Positions 14,711 to 28,866 are shown, counted from the first letter of the stretch. The stretch: 64,000 nt of DNA from Eledone cirrhosa (GCA_964016885.1 OZ024742.1:160332001-160396000), one strand, 5' to 3'. Made by a program: numbers and translations. The notes: generated by a model not told the origin, from the letters alone.

Positions 14711-15264
14711 TAGTAAAACATGCTCTATAAAGTATCCGAGAAAACTGTATTCACAACGACTGCCTGCTATTTGAACCCGCGATGCAAACAAATAGGTAAT
14801 AACACACAAAGCTACATGCAGTCAATAGCGACAATTATCTAACACATGGTCATAAAGATTCGCATTACATAATCCAAATCTCCGCCTATGGCGGTGGTTT
14901 CTGTTTCATGTTCTCTATTCTGAGTTCAAATCCCGCTGAGGTTAACTTTGCCTTTCATCCTTCTGATGTCAATACAATAAATTAACCGTTAATAACTGGG
15001 GTCGATTTAATCCATTTTCTATCCCACCTCAAAATTATTGGCCTTGGGTTTGAACTAGAAACCATTATATCTCCACACTATGGAGAATTTCTTTTCCTCA
15101 TTTAATAGAAATCAATATTATATTCCTTTTTGGCTACCATAGATAACTCATTAACATTTTCAGTTTATTTAACTGATATACAAACAAGTTGTCTTTAAAT
15201 CAAATCCTCGCAACCATTAAGCTATGCTTCCTTCTTAGCACCCCCGTATACACACCCGACCTTA

Positions 15265-15345
15265 ATCGCTGCCAATGACCAATCATTTTAATGATGTTTC
15301 GCATTTTTCTCGCGCGATGCACTACGACGTCACGTGATTGCAACA
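15265..15345. promoter_or_regulatory. Candidate host promoter/enhancer motif cluster
   Basis: Two CCAAT (15272, 15279), TCTCGCGCGA (15308), overlapping GACGTCA/GTCACGTGA (15326-15337) in locally CpG-rich, apparently unique sequence. Confidence 0.35.
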
Positions 15346-16427
15346 GATGTTGAATATAATTTGAACACGAGTTATTTCGGCAATGTCGTCTGCTAACATG
15401 CCAAGCGTGGAAGAATGAATGGTCGAAAAAGCCAAACAAATAAATAAATAAAAATGATAATAAATGAAATAATAAGTGTGTGTAACAGTGTATATGTGGT
15501 TGATGATGTTGTTGTAGTTGGTAAGGGTGGTAAGATGTTGTTATTAGTGGGGGTGACAGTGTTGTTATTGGTGTTAGTGATGGTGGTGAATTCGTTGATG
15601 GTGTTCGTGGTATTGTTTTTAGTAATGGTGTTTTTTGCTGTTGTTGTTGTTATTGTTGTTGTGGTTGCTGCTTCTGATGCTTCTGCGGCGACGGTGGTGA
15701 TGGTTGTGGTACAGAAGTCAATCAGTATGTGAAGGGGTGGGGTGGTATAGAGGAGTGCTAAGATAGACAACTTACTGTGAGGCTAATGATTCTGTGTTTA
15801 CATACTACAGAGAGTAATGACTGCCGATGGTTGGGTGGGTGAAATTGTAGGTGGATGGAGGGGTAGATAGAAGTGAACGCTATGTTGAGTAAGGTATGTC
15901 GTTGTGGGTGGAACTAAGACGGATGTGTCTTGTACTTCTTCTTTGGATAAACATAGGATGAACTTCAGGTTTGGAACACAAATATACATAATGGGCATAT
16001 GAAAGAGGGAGAGATTGAAGCAGAACTACTTGGGGGTAAGAAAGAAACCCTCTTCCCCCAGCCCCTAGATCCTCCCCGCTTTAGCCTTGAAAAAATAACG
16101 AATGAAAGTATGGTAATTTCAGGAGCATCGGTAACATTAACATCATCAACAACATATAAAACAAACAATTAGAATAATTTCTGAGTCGTACTAGTCTGAC
16201 AAATGACTTATAACATGGGAGAATCATTTTAACAATTAAAAAACACATAAAAATTGTTAACTTTACTTTATATTTATCATTTATTTCTTGGCGTCAAACT
16301 TTTCGTCGTTCTATCTGCGACATGGTCAATGTATCTGTGTTTTGTAATGATTAAAATGACTCTTCTACGTTGTAATGGCTAAAACTAAGATAGTGACCTG
16401 AACAAACGTTAATAATAACATCACTAG

Positions 16428-16473
16428 GACACCTGATGAAGGCTGGAGAGTACATCAGCCGAAACGTTGTGTT
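16428..16473 (+). ncRNA. Minimal type I hammerhead ribozyme in solo pLTR fragment
   Basis: GACAC CTGATGA A GGCTG-GAGAGTACAT-CAGCC GAAA CG TT GTGTT. Confidence 0.8.
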
Positions 16474-17584
16474 AACAACAAAACAAGATGAGGACACCTA
16501 TCCGTCCAATATATATAATGTAAATAATTCCTCGTCTCCAAAATATAGAACAGTATTAAAATAGTTCTTTCTTCCTTTTTCACCTGATGTGTAACTTTAA
16601 CATCCTTGCTATCAAGGTTTGGAGCAAGAGTGTTTTTAGGCAAATCTACCTATAATTTCATGAAACAGCTCTCAGTTTATTGAAAGAAGAAGAACAAAGT
16701 CCTAAAACCAATGTCAGAAGTAGTCAGAAAATTTCAAGCTGGATCTAAACGAGGAGGAAAAGAAGCGATCGTCATGAGGCTTAAGTATTCTACAAACATG
16801 TCTCCGATATCCAAGTTTTTAAAAGATATCAGCTGAAGAGTACCCCGGGATCCGCCCCGAAGTCTGATCTGGATGCGGCCCAGACGTTAAGAGCCGAAAT
16901 GCTTTCATGTCATGAGTTTCTTCTCTGAGGACCTTCGGCTGCCCAATTGCTCTCCCTAGTGTTAAAAACAGAAGCTTTATGATATCTCATCTGGTACTAT
17001 GTTTTCGAATTACAACTCCCGCTTCCTTAGGCCAGCGGCCAGCGGTTCTTTCGTTTAGTCAGAAGGTCTTTAGCTATCAAAACTTTTTCTTATCTTTGGT
17101 TTGAACGAAATCTCCATTATCCAGACCCTGCAACCGGACTATATATATATACTGTATATATATACTGTATATATGATTGCTGCAAACTCTGTTAGGAGTA
17201 TTGTGATCGTTTGTCAGATTATAGAGTTTGGTGCACTTTTAGGCTACGGTCAGCCACACGAACCTGTAACATATCCTGAACAATCAATGCCTGTGCGTTG
17301 AAGTTTTTTAAGTGGGGAAAGGCCTTGCACTCGACCAATCCCACTTTCCGAGCATAGAAAGCTCTACCCGAAAAGGAGAATTGGTCAACATCATCGGATG
17401 CTTCTGAAGCCGCAGGTTTTTTTCTCAGAGTTTCCCTGTCGTAGAAAGATGTTGTGACAACAACTGGGGGTCTTTCACTCCCAGGTAAAAAAAGTACTAT
17501 TTGGATGACCGTTGACTCTGCTGAGTTCCTTCGCCTTTTGCCGGTTCTTGTATTTCATCCCGCAGGGTGTCTAAATATCATCCT

Positions 17585-17670
17585 CCTCACCAAGCAAACT
17601 TGGTGGGATTGCCGGTTTAGTCGCCGATGACCCAACCATGAGAAAGGTTGTACTAGGTTACATGTTACCA
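17585..17670 (-). mobile_element. RTE LINE 5' leader fragment
   Basis: rc CATGTAACCTAGTACAACC...CGGCGACTAAACCGGCAA...CAAGTTTGCTTGGTGAG matches 39405-39485. Confidence 0.75.
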
Positions 17671-18072
17671 GTAGCACTCGAGGGCGACCTATGTGTGTGT
17701 GTGTATATGTGCGGGGACATGGAAATACTCAGTTTGGTATCTGAGCGGGAGGGATAGTTCTTGTTAGGAAAAGGGAAACTCTGAAGCAAAACCTGCGTCT
17801 CGATGGCAGCCAACAATATTAACCTGTTCTTTTTTTGGGACATTTGTCATCGTTGTTCAGAGAAGGGGATTGGTCCAGTGCAAGGCCTTTTTTCACATAA
17901 AAAAACTTCAGGAACACCCATCACTTAATCTAAACAAGGGTTTTCTTTCACTATAGCATATGCAGAAAGGAAAAGGAATCTAAGTCCTTGGCAGGGCTGA
18001 AAGTCATGTTCGTGCCACCCATATATGTGAAAAAGGTCAAAGGATGGCAATTCTCGATACAAGATGCTGCCT

Positions 18073-18127
<55 letters not shown>

Positions 18128-18225
18128 ATAATAATAAATTTGAAGACTAAAATTCAAAGAGGGTTCGATAAGGATAAATATATATCAAATATATAAGAAC
18201 CGTAGAGCAAATATTTAATCTGTTA

Positions 18226-18330
<105 letters not shown>

Positions 18331-18846
18331 GTATATATATATATATGTATGTATATATATGCATATATATGCATACACACACACACATATATATATAGTG
18401 AAAAAGAAAGATAGATAGATAGGAGAGAACGAGCGAGCGAGAGAGAGAGAGGGGGCTAGAGAGAGAAAGCGGGTGTGTGTGAGAGAGAGAGAGAGGCAAA
18501 ATAGTTGGGTTACGTATAGATTAATGAAAGTAAATATTATGGAATTATGGGTAAAGTTGTTTGTAAATTTAGGAATCTGGGAGAAATTGATGGAAAGACA
18601 GAAATGACATTGGCATGGAAATAATTGGTTACGACAGAAGAGTGCTTGGCAAACGAGGGGAAAACATTCCACGGTGAGAAAGAATGAAAATAATGAGTCA
18701 TGAGATAGGTGGGGGGGGGGGGGGGGCAAAAGTGGTTGGGGAGGGTGCTGTAGGTAGAAAAATATAGTGGAAGAAAGGAGCGAGAAAGGAAAGATAGGTA
18801 AAGAGGAAATAGAGAGGGAGAATATGTAGAGACAGAAGGGAGAGGA

Positions 18847-18925
<79 letters not shown>

Positions 18926-19122
18926 GAGAGGAAAGAGAGAGAGATAAGTAGAGAGGAAAGGATAAGGAAGGAAGAGAAACAGGTAGAGAAGTAGAAAGAA
19001 GAGGGAAGAAGAGAGAAAGAGAGAGGAGAGTGAGAGGAGCTGCGAGACGTGTGTGTGTATATATATATATATATTTAAAGGTTAAACAAGGTTCAATGAA
19101 TAAATCAAAGAGTAAAGTATAT

Positions 19123-19154
<32 letters not shown>

Positions 19155-20114
19155 TTAATATGGAAATGGCTTCTACAGGACTAGAACTGTTTCATACGGT
19201 AGTCCATTTGTTCATGTCTGGGAAACAAAGAGAAAACTGGCTGAACAGTCATGACTGGAACTTCTTTGATTATAGATGTGTTCAATGAGACCAACTCGGG
19301 TTTAAACAACAACAAATGCAAACAACATTGATGTTCCTAGCGTCACCTCCCTTCAATTATCTCCGTACTTTTTATTGCTGTTTCGTTAAAATCATTCAAA
19401 TATTTACTCTTTATTATTGAATCTATTATTCTTGGGTTAAGGATGTAAAGCTGTGTGGCGTAGTGGTTAAAGTCATGGACTCAAAACCATGGGTGTGATT
19501 CCACAACCAATTGGTGCGTTGTCTTTGAATAAATCGATTTATTTTACATTGCTTGGATTTAACCTTGCGATAGACTGACGTCCTGTTTAGTTTCGTACTC
19601 TTATTTCGTACTTTAATGGCATTGAAACTGTGATAGGATTCGGTTTAATGAGCCCCTGAGCTTGAAACCGGCCTTAAATTAGGTTGACAATTATGAACAT
19701 AATTTTGTTATTTTTCCGAAACACAAATCATATATAGGCCTGGAATTCATCCTAAATTTGAGTAGAGTTAAAATCCTACGGAGTTCGACTTTGCATTTCA
19801 TTCCTTCGACGTCGATGAAATGTAGTACCATCTAACTTTCTTTCGGCCCCAAAATTGCTGGCCTTGTGCCAAAATTAAAAACCATTATTATTGTTGCTTA
19901 TTTGCGGGTTGTGGTTTGGTGGATTTGTTATAGCATCGGACGAGATACCTTGCGGTACATGCATTCTGAGTTCAAATCCTAGTGTGGTATATACTTCGGT
20001 TGGAATACTTAATCCTTCGTCCGGTTTAACACCATCACATGTTGCAAGCATTCGAATCACATCTCCAGCTTGAAAATAACTCCTTCCATCCTTCCCACCA
20101 GTCTCAGAGTCGCT

Positions 20115-20460
20115 GAAAATGGCATCTGTAGTTAGAACGTATATTAGAAGGCTTTGCAGTATTTGTTCCGGCTCTCTGCACTCTGAGTTCAAATCCCACT
20201 GTGGTCAACTTTGCTTTTCATCCTTTCGAGGTCGATAAAAATGTACCAGTCCAGTACTAAAGTCGATTCTGTCTCTATCTCTTTTCCTCTTCCTGTATAT
20301 TACTTTCTCATTTCCGCTCTATCAATCTCGCTCTTCTGTAAGAAATAGGCTGTTCAAACCAGGAGAGATGGGTTCCGCCATGTTTAAAATGCCCAAGGCA
20401 CGCCGTATATCAGTACAGCATCCCTACAACTCCATCATAAGTTTCGGATCCATACATATA
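20115..20460 (+). mobile_element. SINE with extended CT-rich linker and 3' tail ending in CATA
   Basis: SINE core, then tail GTTCAAACC...TGCCCAAG...AAGTTTCGGATC shared with ~63400-63515. Confidence 0.55.
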
Positions 20461-21371
20461 TAAAGGAGCTAGCTGAAGCCAAACAATCAGCTAAAAACAG
20501 AACAAAAAAGCAATGCCACTCCCGGCACCTTTGTGCATCTTTCTTTCTGACATAATATAAAGCCACGGAAGAAGAAGAAAAAACATGTCAATTTCGGGAG
20601 CATTTGAACTTAAAACGTAAATGATTGTAACTAAATACTATTTTCTCTAGGGTTGCTACCGATTCTGCCATTAGGAAGGGACTAATAGAAAGTAAAAATA
20701 TCTCTTAAAGGGAAAACCGAATAATAGAACCAGTCAGAAGATTGACTGACGAAGCTTCGGGTGGGTAGAGAGTGATATGAGAAGTGTAATTGGGAAACAG
20801 CGAGAGAGAGAGAGAGAAGAGGTGCGAGAGAGACGGTCAGAGGGAGAGAAAGAAAATGGAGAAAGAGCAGGAGAAAGAGACAGTTAGAGAAAGAAAAAGG
20901 GGAGAGAGAAAGCAGAGACCTGGAAACCAAGAGAGAGAGAACGAAAGGCTGGCTGAAAAAAGAAGTGTGGAAAGGTTTTTTCCCCTACCCTTCTTGTCTT
21001 CTTGTCTTCTTATTTGCACTTGGACGGCTCTGAGTGAGAGATTTCATTCAACAAGCAGCTAAATACACTCGCCTTGATCATGGGTGATTACAAGCGTGTA
21101 AGACAACAAAGAATCGACTTTTAGAAGATAGGAAAAATATACGCTTAACTTGAATGAGCGTACTTGAGAAGGTTAGTTGGAATGGAAAATCTTAGCCTAT
21201 GCAGCAGAGACGTGTAAATTGACACTTGCATACAGAAAAAAAGTAATGACATCGAGTTTGTGCTGTGTTGACACGCGCTAAAACACACAAAACATACAAA
21301 ATTCTCGCTTTCTCTTTCGCCTTTTGAAAATATACATTCATTCATGCAACTACTAAACCTATCATGATTGG

Positions 21372-21448
<77 letters not shown>

Positions 21449-21455
21449 ATACGTA

Positions 21456-21489
<34 letters not shown>

Positions 21490-22130
21490 TTACACACACA
21501 CACAGATATATATATATGTATATGTATATGTTTATGTATATTCGCGCCGTCAGACATCCAAGTTGTGTATTTAATAGCCTAGGTATGTTTATGATGTCGT
21601 TTATGATGAAAGTTTTATATGAGAATAAATAAATATACTGAAATGAGTCAATAGAGTTTTGAAGAAAGTATAAAATTAAAAATAAGACGAAGAAGATGAA
21701 GACGGAAGAGAAGTGGAGGAGGAAGTAGAGAAAAGACAAAAAATAGAGGAAGAAAATTGGAAGAGGTAGAAACGAGACAATAAAGAAGATAAAAAAGAAG
21801 GAAAAGGAAAAGTAAGCAGAGGAGTATAGGTAGTACATATCCGGTTGTAAACAAATCTGATAGCCTTGAGAAATGAAAAAAGATATGTCCTCACAAAAAC
21901 ACCAAATGTTAGTTAAGCGCGATAAAAAGAATAAGTGACCAGATAACAAGGAAGTAACAATAGATGATACGAGGTGCTGTTTTCTTTCCTTGTTTCTTCG
22001 TCGTTATCAAGTTAAAATGCAATTAAAATAATTCTTTTCAGCAAATCAATTGGTGAGGTTAGAGAAGAGATTCTCAACAAGGGATTCGTAAACCTAGAAT
22101 TGAAAGTTCGTGAGCTAAATCTAAAATTCC

Positions 22131-22470
22131 AAATACTTTGTTAAAACCATAATCTACACATACTATCGAGTGTGCATTCTTCTTTAAGTTTAAACATTTC
22201 TATTTTGAATGTTATTCTCATTGTATAACAAATTCAAGTACTTTGTTCAAATATAACATATATTCACTATTGCGTGTCAAGGATAAACATTTCTGTCTTT
22301 TGATCGTTTTCATCGAATAACAATTTTAAGTACAATTTATAAACATAATATACACACGCTATTAGATATCTATTCATCTCTAAGTATAAACAATTCTCTT
22401 TTTTTTTTTATTATCACTGTATAACAATCATAAGTACTTTGTTAAAATATTATATACACTCACTTTAGGT
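22131..22470. repeat. Degenerate ~100 bp minisatellite, ~3.4 copies
   Basis: AAGTACTTTGTT...TAAACA.TTCT...TGTATAACAA units starting ~22131, 22236, 22328, 22432. Confidence 0.7.
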
Positions 22471-22489
22471 ATTTATTTTTCACGTGATT

Positions 22490-22815
22490 ACTTTTCTATT
22501 GTTGGCCATAGGCAAGTCCCTAGCTGGACATACACTCTGGACAGGTGCAATGTGTCCGAACATGGAAGAGCCGAACTTCCACCGTCATCGTCCCCATCTC
22601 TCTGTATAGTGAGCAAATGGGGTTCCGCGTGCTGGCCGCCCCACAGCCCCGACGGACAGAATGGAGAAGGCGTTTCCCCAGAGAATGGTAAGGGAGATGC
22701 GCTGGAAGAGCCATTCCCTCTACCGAGGCTCATACCTGCGGCTGGTCAGCTCAGCGCCTATGGTGGTGAGTAGGGAGGTAGCCCTAGGGTCAAGGACACC
22801 AAAGGTTTCCACTAT
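22490..22815 (-). mobile_element. CRE-clade non-LTR retrotransposon 3' fragment (RLE C-terminus + 3' UTR)
   Basis: VETFGVLDPRATSLLTTIGAEL...EWLFQRISLTILWGNAFSIL. Confidence 0.75.
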
Positions 22816-22989
22816 TGTTATACGCTGTATAACAATCTTGGATAGTGGTGGGGATCCGAAGAAAAAGTCATTAATTAAATGGCGGTGGATTGGCAGTATC
22901 GGTAGAGCGTCGGACACTGGGATAATTGCTGGCCTTGTGCCAAAAGTAGAAACAATTAATTAAAAGGGGTCCTAGGTAGTGAAAAGTTT

Positions 22990-23380
22990 GGGAAATATTT
23001 GGTGAGGTCGAAGGAACAACAAAAAACTCGACGGCTTCCAGATTTTCCTGTTCTGTGATGGCAATTTCCTTATTTGGGATGCAAACTGCAACGATGGTTT
23101 CATCTGCAACGCCTTGGTACAATGGGTGTCAAAACTAGGTTTCATCGGGATGAATTAGGATGTATAACACAAGCTGATAAAGTACTAGCCACTGTCACTA
23201 TAGGTTCATTATCAAACGCGTAGTGGTGGAAACATCTGGGCCTCTGGAGCCGCGACCCACATCCCACTTCCTGCGATCGTGATGGAGCTGGCTATTCACA
23301 AGAACGAACCTATGAAGTAGACTGACACTTTCGGCATATTTCCTTCGCCATCCTCCAGAGTAATTCATTCACCAGTCATT
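22990..23380 (+). mobile_element. Older CRE-like RLE endonuclease fragment
   Basis: KKLDGFQIFLFCDGNFLIWDANCND ... VVETSGPL ... FRHISFAILQSN. Confidence 0.6.
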
Positions 23381-23759
23381 CAACAGACTACTCTCTCTCA
23401 AACACACACGCGCGCGTGCACTATAAACAAAAATGTACACAGAAAATCAGTTAGACAAGACCAACAGACAGCTGCATCTCTACCTTGTTAGCTACCTTCT
23501 GGCGTGTGTGCAAATTTCGCGCATTAAGTTGGGATTGCATTTGTAATTGCAGTTTGCGCACCAGATTGGAGAATCGTTCTTTTAGTAAGATGCTTGTGAG
23601 ACAATATCACAACAAAGAATGGAGATAAATGTATAAAAACTGAGATAAATGTATAAAAATATTACGACTAGAAATAAATAAACAAGATACATGCGATTGA
23701 ATTAAGATAAAAGACGTATCTGTTATGTAATACAAATAAATTCCATCATAACTATCTCT

Positions 23760-26122
23760 AGTATTGGTACAAGGCCAATAATTTGGGGAAAGAGGAAAGT
23801 CTATTATATCAACCCCATCATTTAACTGGTACTTTATTTTATAGACCCCAGAATTTAGGCATTATGCAAGGTGGCAGAATTGGTAGAGTGTTGGATAAAA
23901 TACTACTTTGGTATGCTTCCTAGTATTTTGGGAGCCCTCTAGCACTTCAATTTTTCTCTCTATAACAGCAGATAACTCAGCAAAAAGAAACTAGAACGAA
24001 AAGAATATGATGGGACACTAGTCCTTGTGTGGCTACTAGTCAACTATTATGATTAATACGAATCTGCCCCTCTTTAATGTCTGCACTTTAAGTGGTTGCC
24101 TGGTTGTTCTGAATGCTAACGTCATCCCTGGTTTGTTAGATTCGCTTATTGTATGTACACTTGTGTTTGATTTCAGTTTAAGCTAAATAAGATACGACTG
24201 ACCACACCAATTGCCTCTCTAACAATACATCTTGTTATGGTTACCGCTTTAACATATGTCTACTTCCTTCATACGCATGAATTCTCCGTTAACATTAACA
24301 AGCTTGTCCTTTTATTTATTCTACCTATTAACCAAAAAAAAAAAAGAAGAAAATCCTGTTTTCGTTAGCCACCATTATAAACCACTAAATTATTTCTCTT
24401 GTTTCTGGTATCATTCAAATCATTATTATTGTTGTTATTATTATTATTGGGGCAGTGGTGGATTGGCTGAATCGTTAGAGTGCCAGTCGAAATACTTTGC
24501 AGCATTTGTTCCCTTCTCTTTACATTCTGAGTTCAAATCCCACCAAGGTCAACTCTGCCTTTCCGGGATCGATTTAATTGACTTACCCCTCCCACAATTT
24601 GTTGGCCTAGTCTCTAAATAAGAAGCCGTTACTATTACCATTGATAACTCACCAAGGGCGAATTTCATGGAGGCTCTTGCGTCAAAAAACATTGAATTTA
24701 TTAGTGAAAAGTGGAGTATATATTAACCATGTTCTGCTCCTCACACAGTTACAATTCCTTTCTCTTCAAATTGCTGGCCTTGTGCTAAAAGTAGAAACAA
24801 TTATCATAGTTTATAGGTTGGTGGATTGGCAGAATTGTTAGGGCGTCGGACGAAGTGCATTGCGGTATTTCTTCCAACTATTTACATTCTGGTTTTAAAT
24901 CCCATCGAGATCAACTTCCCTTTCATCCTTCCGAGGTCGATAAAATAAAGTATGGTTTTGAGCAAAATTTAGAAGCCATTATAATTTTTAGTTTTGCAGT
25001 AATTGAATTACCGAATTTTTACGAAGGAAAACAATCTAAAACATATAATAGGTTTTCCTGATATTTACACACGTCGCAGAGGTAATCAAATTTGCAAGCC
25101 ATTTCCATTTCCTGGTAAGGAATATTTGCAGCTATTTTAGGGTGCTGTCTACCGCATTATTCGAGAGGCTACGCTGACCTGACCTGATATATATGTAAAT
25201 TGTTTGTATCAGTTATGTAGTACCAGTGAATTCCAGCATAATGGTTTCTAGTTTAGGCACTATGCCAGGAAATTGGGAAGATGGGAAAGTCGATTACCCA
25301 GTCTCCGATTGGTACTTTATTTTATTATCGACCTCGGATCGATGAAAGGCAAAGTTGATCATGGTGAGATTTGAACACAGAACGTAGTAAGCCATAACAA
25401 ATACTGGTTTCTAATTTAGGCAAAAGGCCATCAACTGTGTAACAGCGAAAGTCGATTATGTGGACCGAGTATATTACTGATCCATTATTTTGGTAGATCC
25501 AGGGTGGTAGATTGGCAGAATCGGTAGAGCGTCAGACACCATGCTTTCTAGCATAGTTACGTCCCTTTACAGTCTGAGTTCAAATCCCGCCGAGGTTAAC
25601 TTTGCCGTTCATCCTTACGGGGTCGATAAAATAAAGTACCAGTAATGTACTGAGTAATTGCTGGCCTTGTGCCTAAAGTAGAAACAATTATTTTAACGAC
25701 TTCGAAAAGATGAAAGGTAAAGTTAACTGAAGTGGGATTTAAAATTAGAATGCATCGAATCGGAACAAATATTGTAAAGCATTTTACTTGATTCATTGCA
25801 GTATTTATGCCATCATAAGGGTTTCTGATTTCGGCACAAGACCAGCAATTTGAAGGGAAAGGGAAAGTCAATTAAAACGACCCTAGAACATAATCGGTGC
25901 TTTATTTTATCAATCCTATAAGGAGAAAAGTAATCAATAAAGTGATTTATGTTTCAATCACACTGACTTCTTCATTATTTTATTGATACGGCCCTTTATG
26001 GTCTGAGTTCAAATCCCGCCAAGGTTAACTTTGTCTTTCATCGTCCTGGGGTCGATAATAAAATAAAATACCAGTAATACACTAGGATAATTGCTGGCCT
26101 TGTTCCAAAAGTAGAAGCAATT
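23760..26122. mobile_element. Dispersed SINE copies/fragments (Nin/Deu-like family)
   Basis: Best copy 25502-25692(+); others ~24450-24620, 24770-24950, 25240-25390(-), 25990-26122. Confidence 0.75.
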
Positions 26123-26276
26123 ATATTGATACTCGGTGGTCCACGGACCACCGCGATTACATCACAGCTTGGAAAATAAACTACATCGAATGCTCAATAA
26201 TGTCTCCACATTGTTTAGTTGATCAACGAGTACAACATGAAAACCGACAACGGATTAAATAATACTAAAGAAACAA

Positions 26277-26328
<52 letters not shown>

Positions 26329-26760
26329 TTATTTATTAAAATAAGAGATGAAGTTTAAGCAAAGAGATCGGTGCTTTCACCATTAACGGGAACTTCTAAA
26401 GATCTCGTTAAGTGTGAAAGCAGTGATTCTTTGCTTAAACTTTAATCTGTTATTTTAATAAATATTTGATCTAGGGTTCTTATATATATTTGATATATAT
26501 TTATCCTTATCGAGCCCTCTTTGGACTTTAGTCTTCACATTTATTATTATTACTACAACTATATATATATATTTCGTTTCTGAATTTGTTTAGCAAGATT
26601 CTTTATCTGAAATCGTGTGTTGAAACCGATATTGTTATACTTTGGGAGGGTCATGTTGCCAATAAGAAACACACGCACCAGGTGCTGGCCTTGTTCCAAA
26701 GAAGAAGTCAGTGTGATTGAAACATAAATCACTTTATTGATTACTTTTCTCCCAAAGTAT

Positions 26761-26789
<29 letters not shown>

Positions 26790-26796
<7 letters not shown>

Positions 26797-28470
26797 CTTT
26801 GATAACTTTGATAGGTTTCGGCCAGTATTGGCCCAGGCCATGTCTAACTTAATAGCACCACCTGGCGAAGTCTTACAAATCAGTGTTTGGGCACCATGGC
26901 CCACTCGAGCAGAGAGTTATTGTTTACGGAGGCATATCCGGGTGTAGGAGGCTTATCCGGGATTTCTTGAAGGAATTTATCCAAAGACTTTTTGAACTTG
27001 ATGGGGTCTGTCTCTGCTTTGATGTGTTTTGGTGTAATGTTAAAGAGTGCAGGGCCAATTGAGGTGAAATAATTGTGCCGTATTGTTGTTATGTGATGCG
27101 AGTGGGATTTTTGTCGTGGGCGGATAGCACGGGGCCCAAGCCGTGGGTGTACACTAAAGGTGATGCCAACATCATTTGGGCTAAGCTGATGGAATATTTT
27201 CTACATCATACAGATAATGTAGCGCTCACAGCGACATTGAAGAGCATAAAGTTTGAGCTTTTCTAATCGACCCCAATAGTCAGGGCCTGTCATGCCAACT
27301 ATCTTTTTTGTAATTGACCTTTGGGGTGCTTCAACTTTCATGATACTTTGTTTCGTGTGGGGTGACCATAGTGGACAACAGTATTCAAGGTGGGGTCGGG
27401 CAAAAGTAGAGAAGAGAAGGACAACAGTGTGGATATCTCTCGACTGGAAAGTTCTGAGAATCCAGGAACACATTCTGCGGGCCATATCAACTTTGCTGTT
27501 TATATGAGTGGCCCAGCTTATATTGTTGTCCACAATTACTCCCAGGTCTCTGATGTTATTGGAAGCCACTAGAGTTTCACCCGAATAAAGAGAGTTTCAG
27601 GGCATCCTTTTTTCCAAAGTGGATTAGTTCAAATTTATCCTCATTCAACAGCATATTATTCATCTCTGCCCATTGGATAACAGCCAGTAGGTCTGACTGA
27701 AGGCAAGTCCGATCACCCACCTCATTGATGACTCTTTGGAGCTTGGAATCATCTGCGAAGATTCTGATGTTGCGGTGTTTGATGATGTCAGTAATGTCAT
27801 TAATGTAGATGATGAAAAGAAGTGGGCCCAACACAGTGCCTTCTGGGACGCCACTGCGGACTTTGGCAGGACTTGATTTTACTCCTTCGACTACAACATG
27901 CTGGGTTCTGCCTGTCAGGAAACATTTGATCCACTGTAGTAACCTTCCAGAGACACCAACATTGGATAGTTTTTCAGTAGAATCTTATGATCAACCCTGT
28001 CGAAGGCCTTGCTGAAATCAAGGTAGATGACATCAGTGTTGGAGCCCAAGGCTCCCAAAGCTCTCAAAGCATCGTCAAAGTCATGCAGGAGCCCAAGGCT
28101 CCCAAGGCTCTCAAAACATCGTCAAAGTGATGCAGGAGCTGCGTTAGGCAGTCTCTTCCACTACGGAACCCATGTTGGTTGGAGTTCAGCAGGCCGTTGC
28201 TTTCAAGAAAGTGGGTTATTCGTGATCTCACCACCCTCTCAAACACCTTGATAATATGAGAGGTGAGTGAGATCGGACGGTAGTTCACTGCAAGGGACTT
28301 ATTTCCCTTTTTGAAGACTGGGACAACGGACTGGGACAGAAAGTTTTCAGGAATATAGCCACTGTCCAGTGAGTTCCTCGACAGATTAGCAAGAGGAGTT
28401 GCAAGTTGGTGTCGACACACCTTCAGGACACAAGCAGGGAACCTGTCGGGGCCTACTGCTGAATTGTGTT
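26790..28470 (-). mobile_element. CR1-clade LINE, 5'-truncated, decayed RT
   Basis: YRPISLTSHIIKVFER, QHGFRSG, DFSKAFDRV, GPLLFIIYINDI, FADDSKL, RPHLEYCCPLWSP; short repeat tail (ATAACTTTG)2; internal ~48 bp duplication 28041-28138. Confidence 0.9.
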
Positions 28471-28637
28471 TATTACCGCTAAGTCATCAGGGGCGCCAAA
28501 CGTTATGTCTGATATAGTGTGTTGGGGGTTAATATCACTGATACGGCCCAGATCGGCCATATCGGGAGCTTCCAACAGTAATGGTTGCATTCTTTAAGGG
28601 TATGTCAATATTTATTTATAAAACTGCTCTATATTAT

Positions 28638-28700
28638 ATTTTATCTGATGAAAGCACACCATAATTTAACTTGGTGTCCTTGAAATATGTATAATGAAAT
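28638..28700 (+). ncRNA. Minimal type I hammerhead ribozyme (relative of the Hydra-type pLTR)
   Basis: ATTTTAT CTGATGA AAGCACACCA...TGGTGTCCTT GAAA TATGTA TA ATGAAAT. Confidence 0.85.
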
Positions 28701-28828
28701 AAATATGGTTTTATAAATTTACTTTCCATTTGTCAATATCGTATTTTTACTCCAATTATTTGTTGAGTGCTTTATATGAGTTATAAAAATATTTGCTTGT
28801 TGTATACCAACAATTTAAATAGAACTTT

Positions 28829-28866
<38 letters not shown>

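Noticed and set aside
15393-15770. Thr/Asn-rich or Val-rich mucin-like ORFs
   Set aside because: Degenerate (GTT/GTG/GAT)n trinucleotide repeat
16290-16335. rc TTGACCA-TGTCG...CGAC-GAAA HHR-like
   Set aside because: Core has two non-compensatory changes and no stem I
16600-16790. Peptide FQAGSKRGGKEAIV resembling a CRE RT motif
   Set aside because: Single short motif with stops; insufficient support
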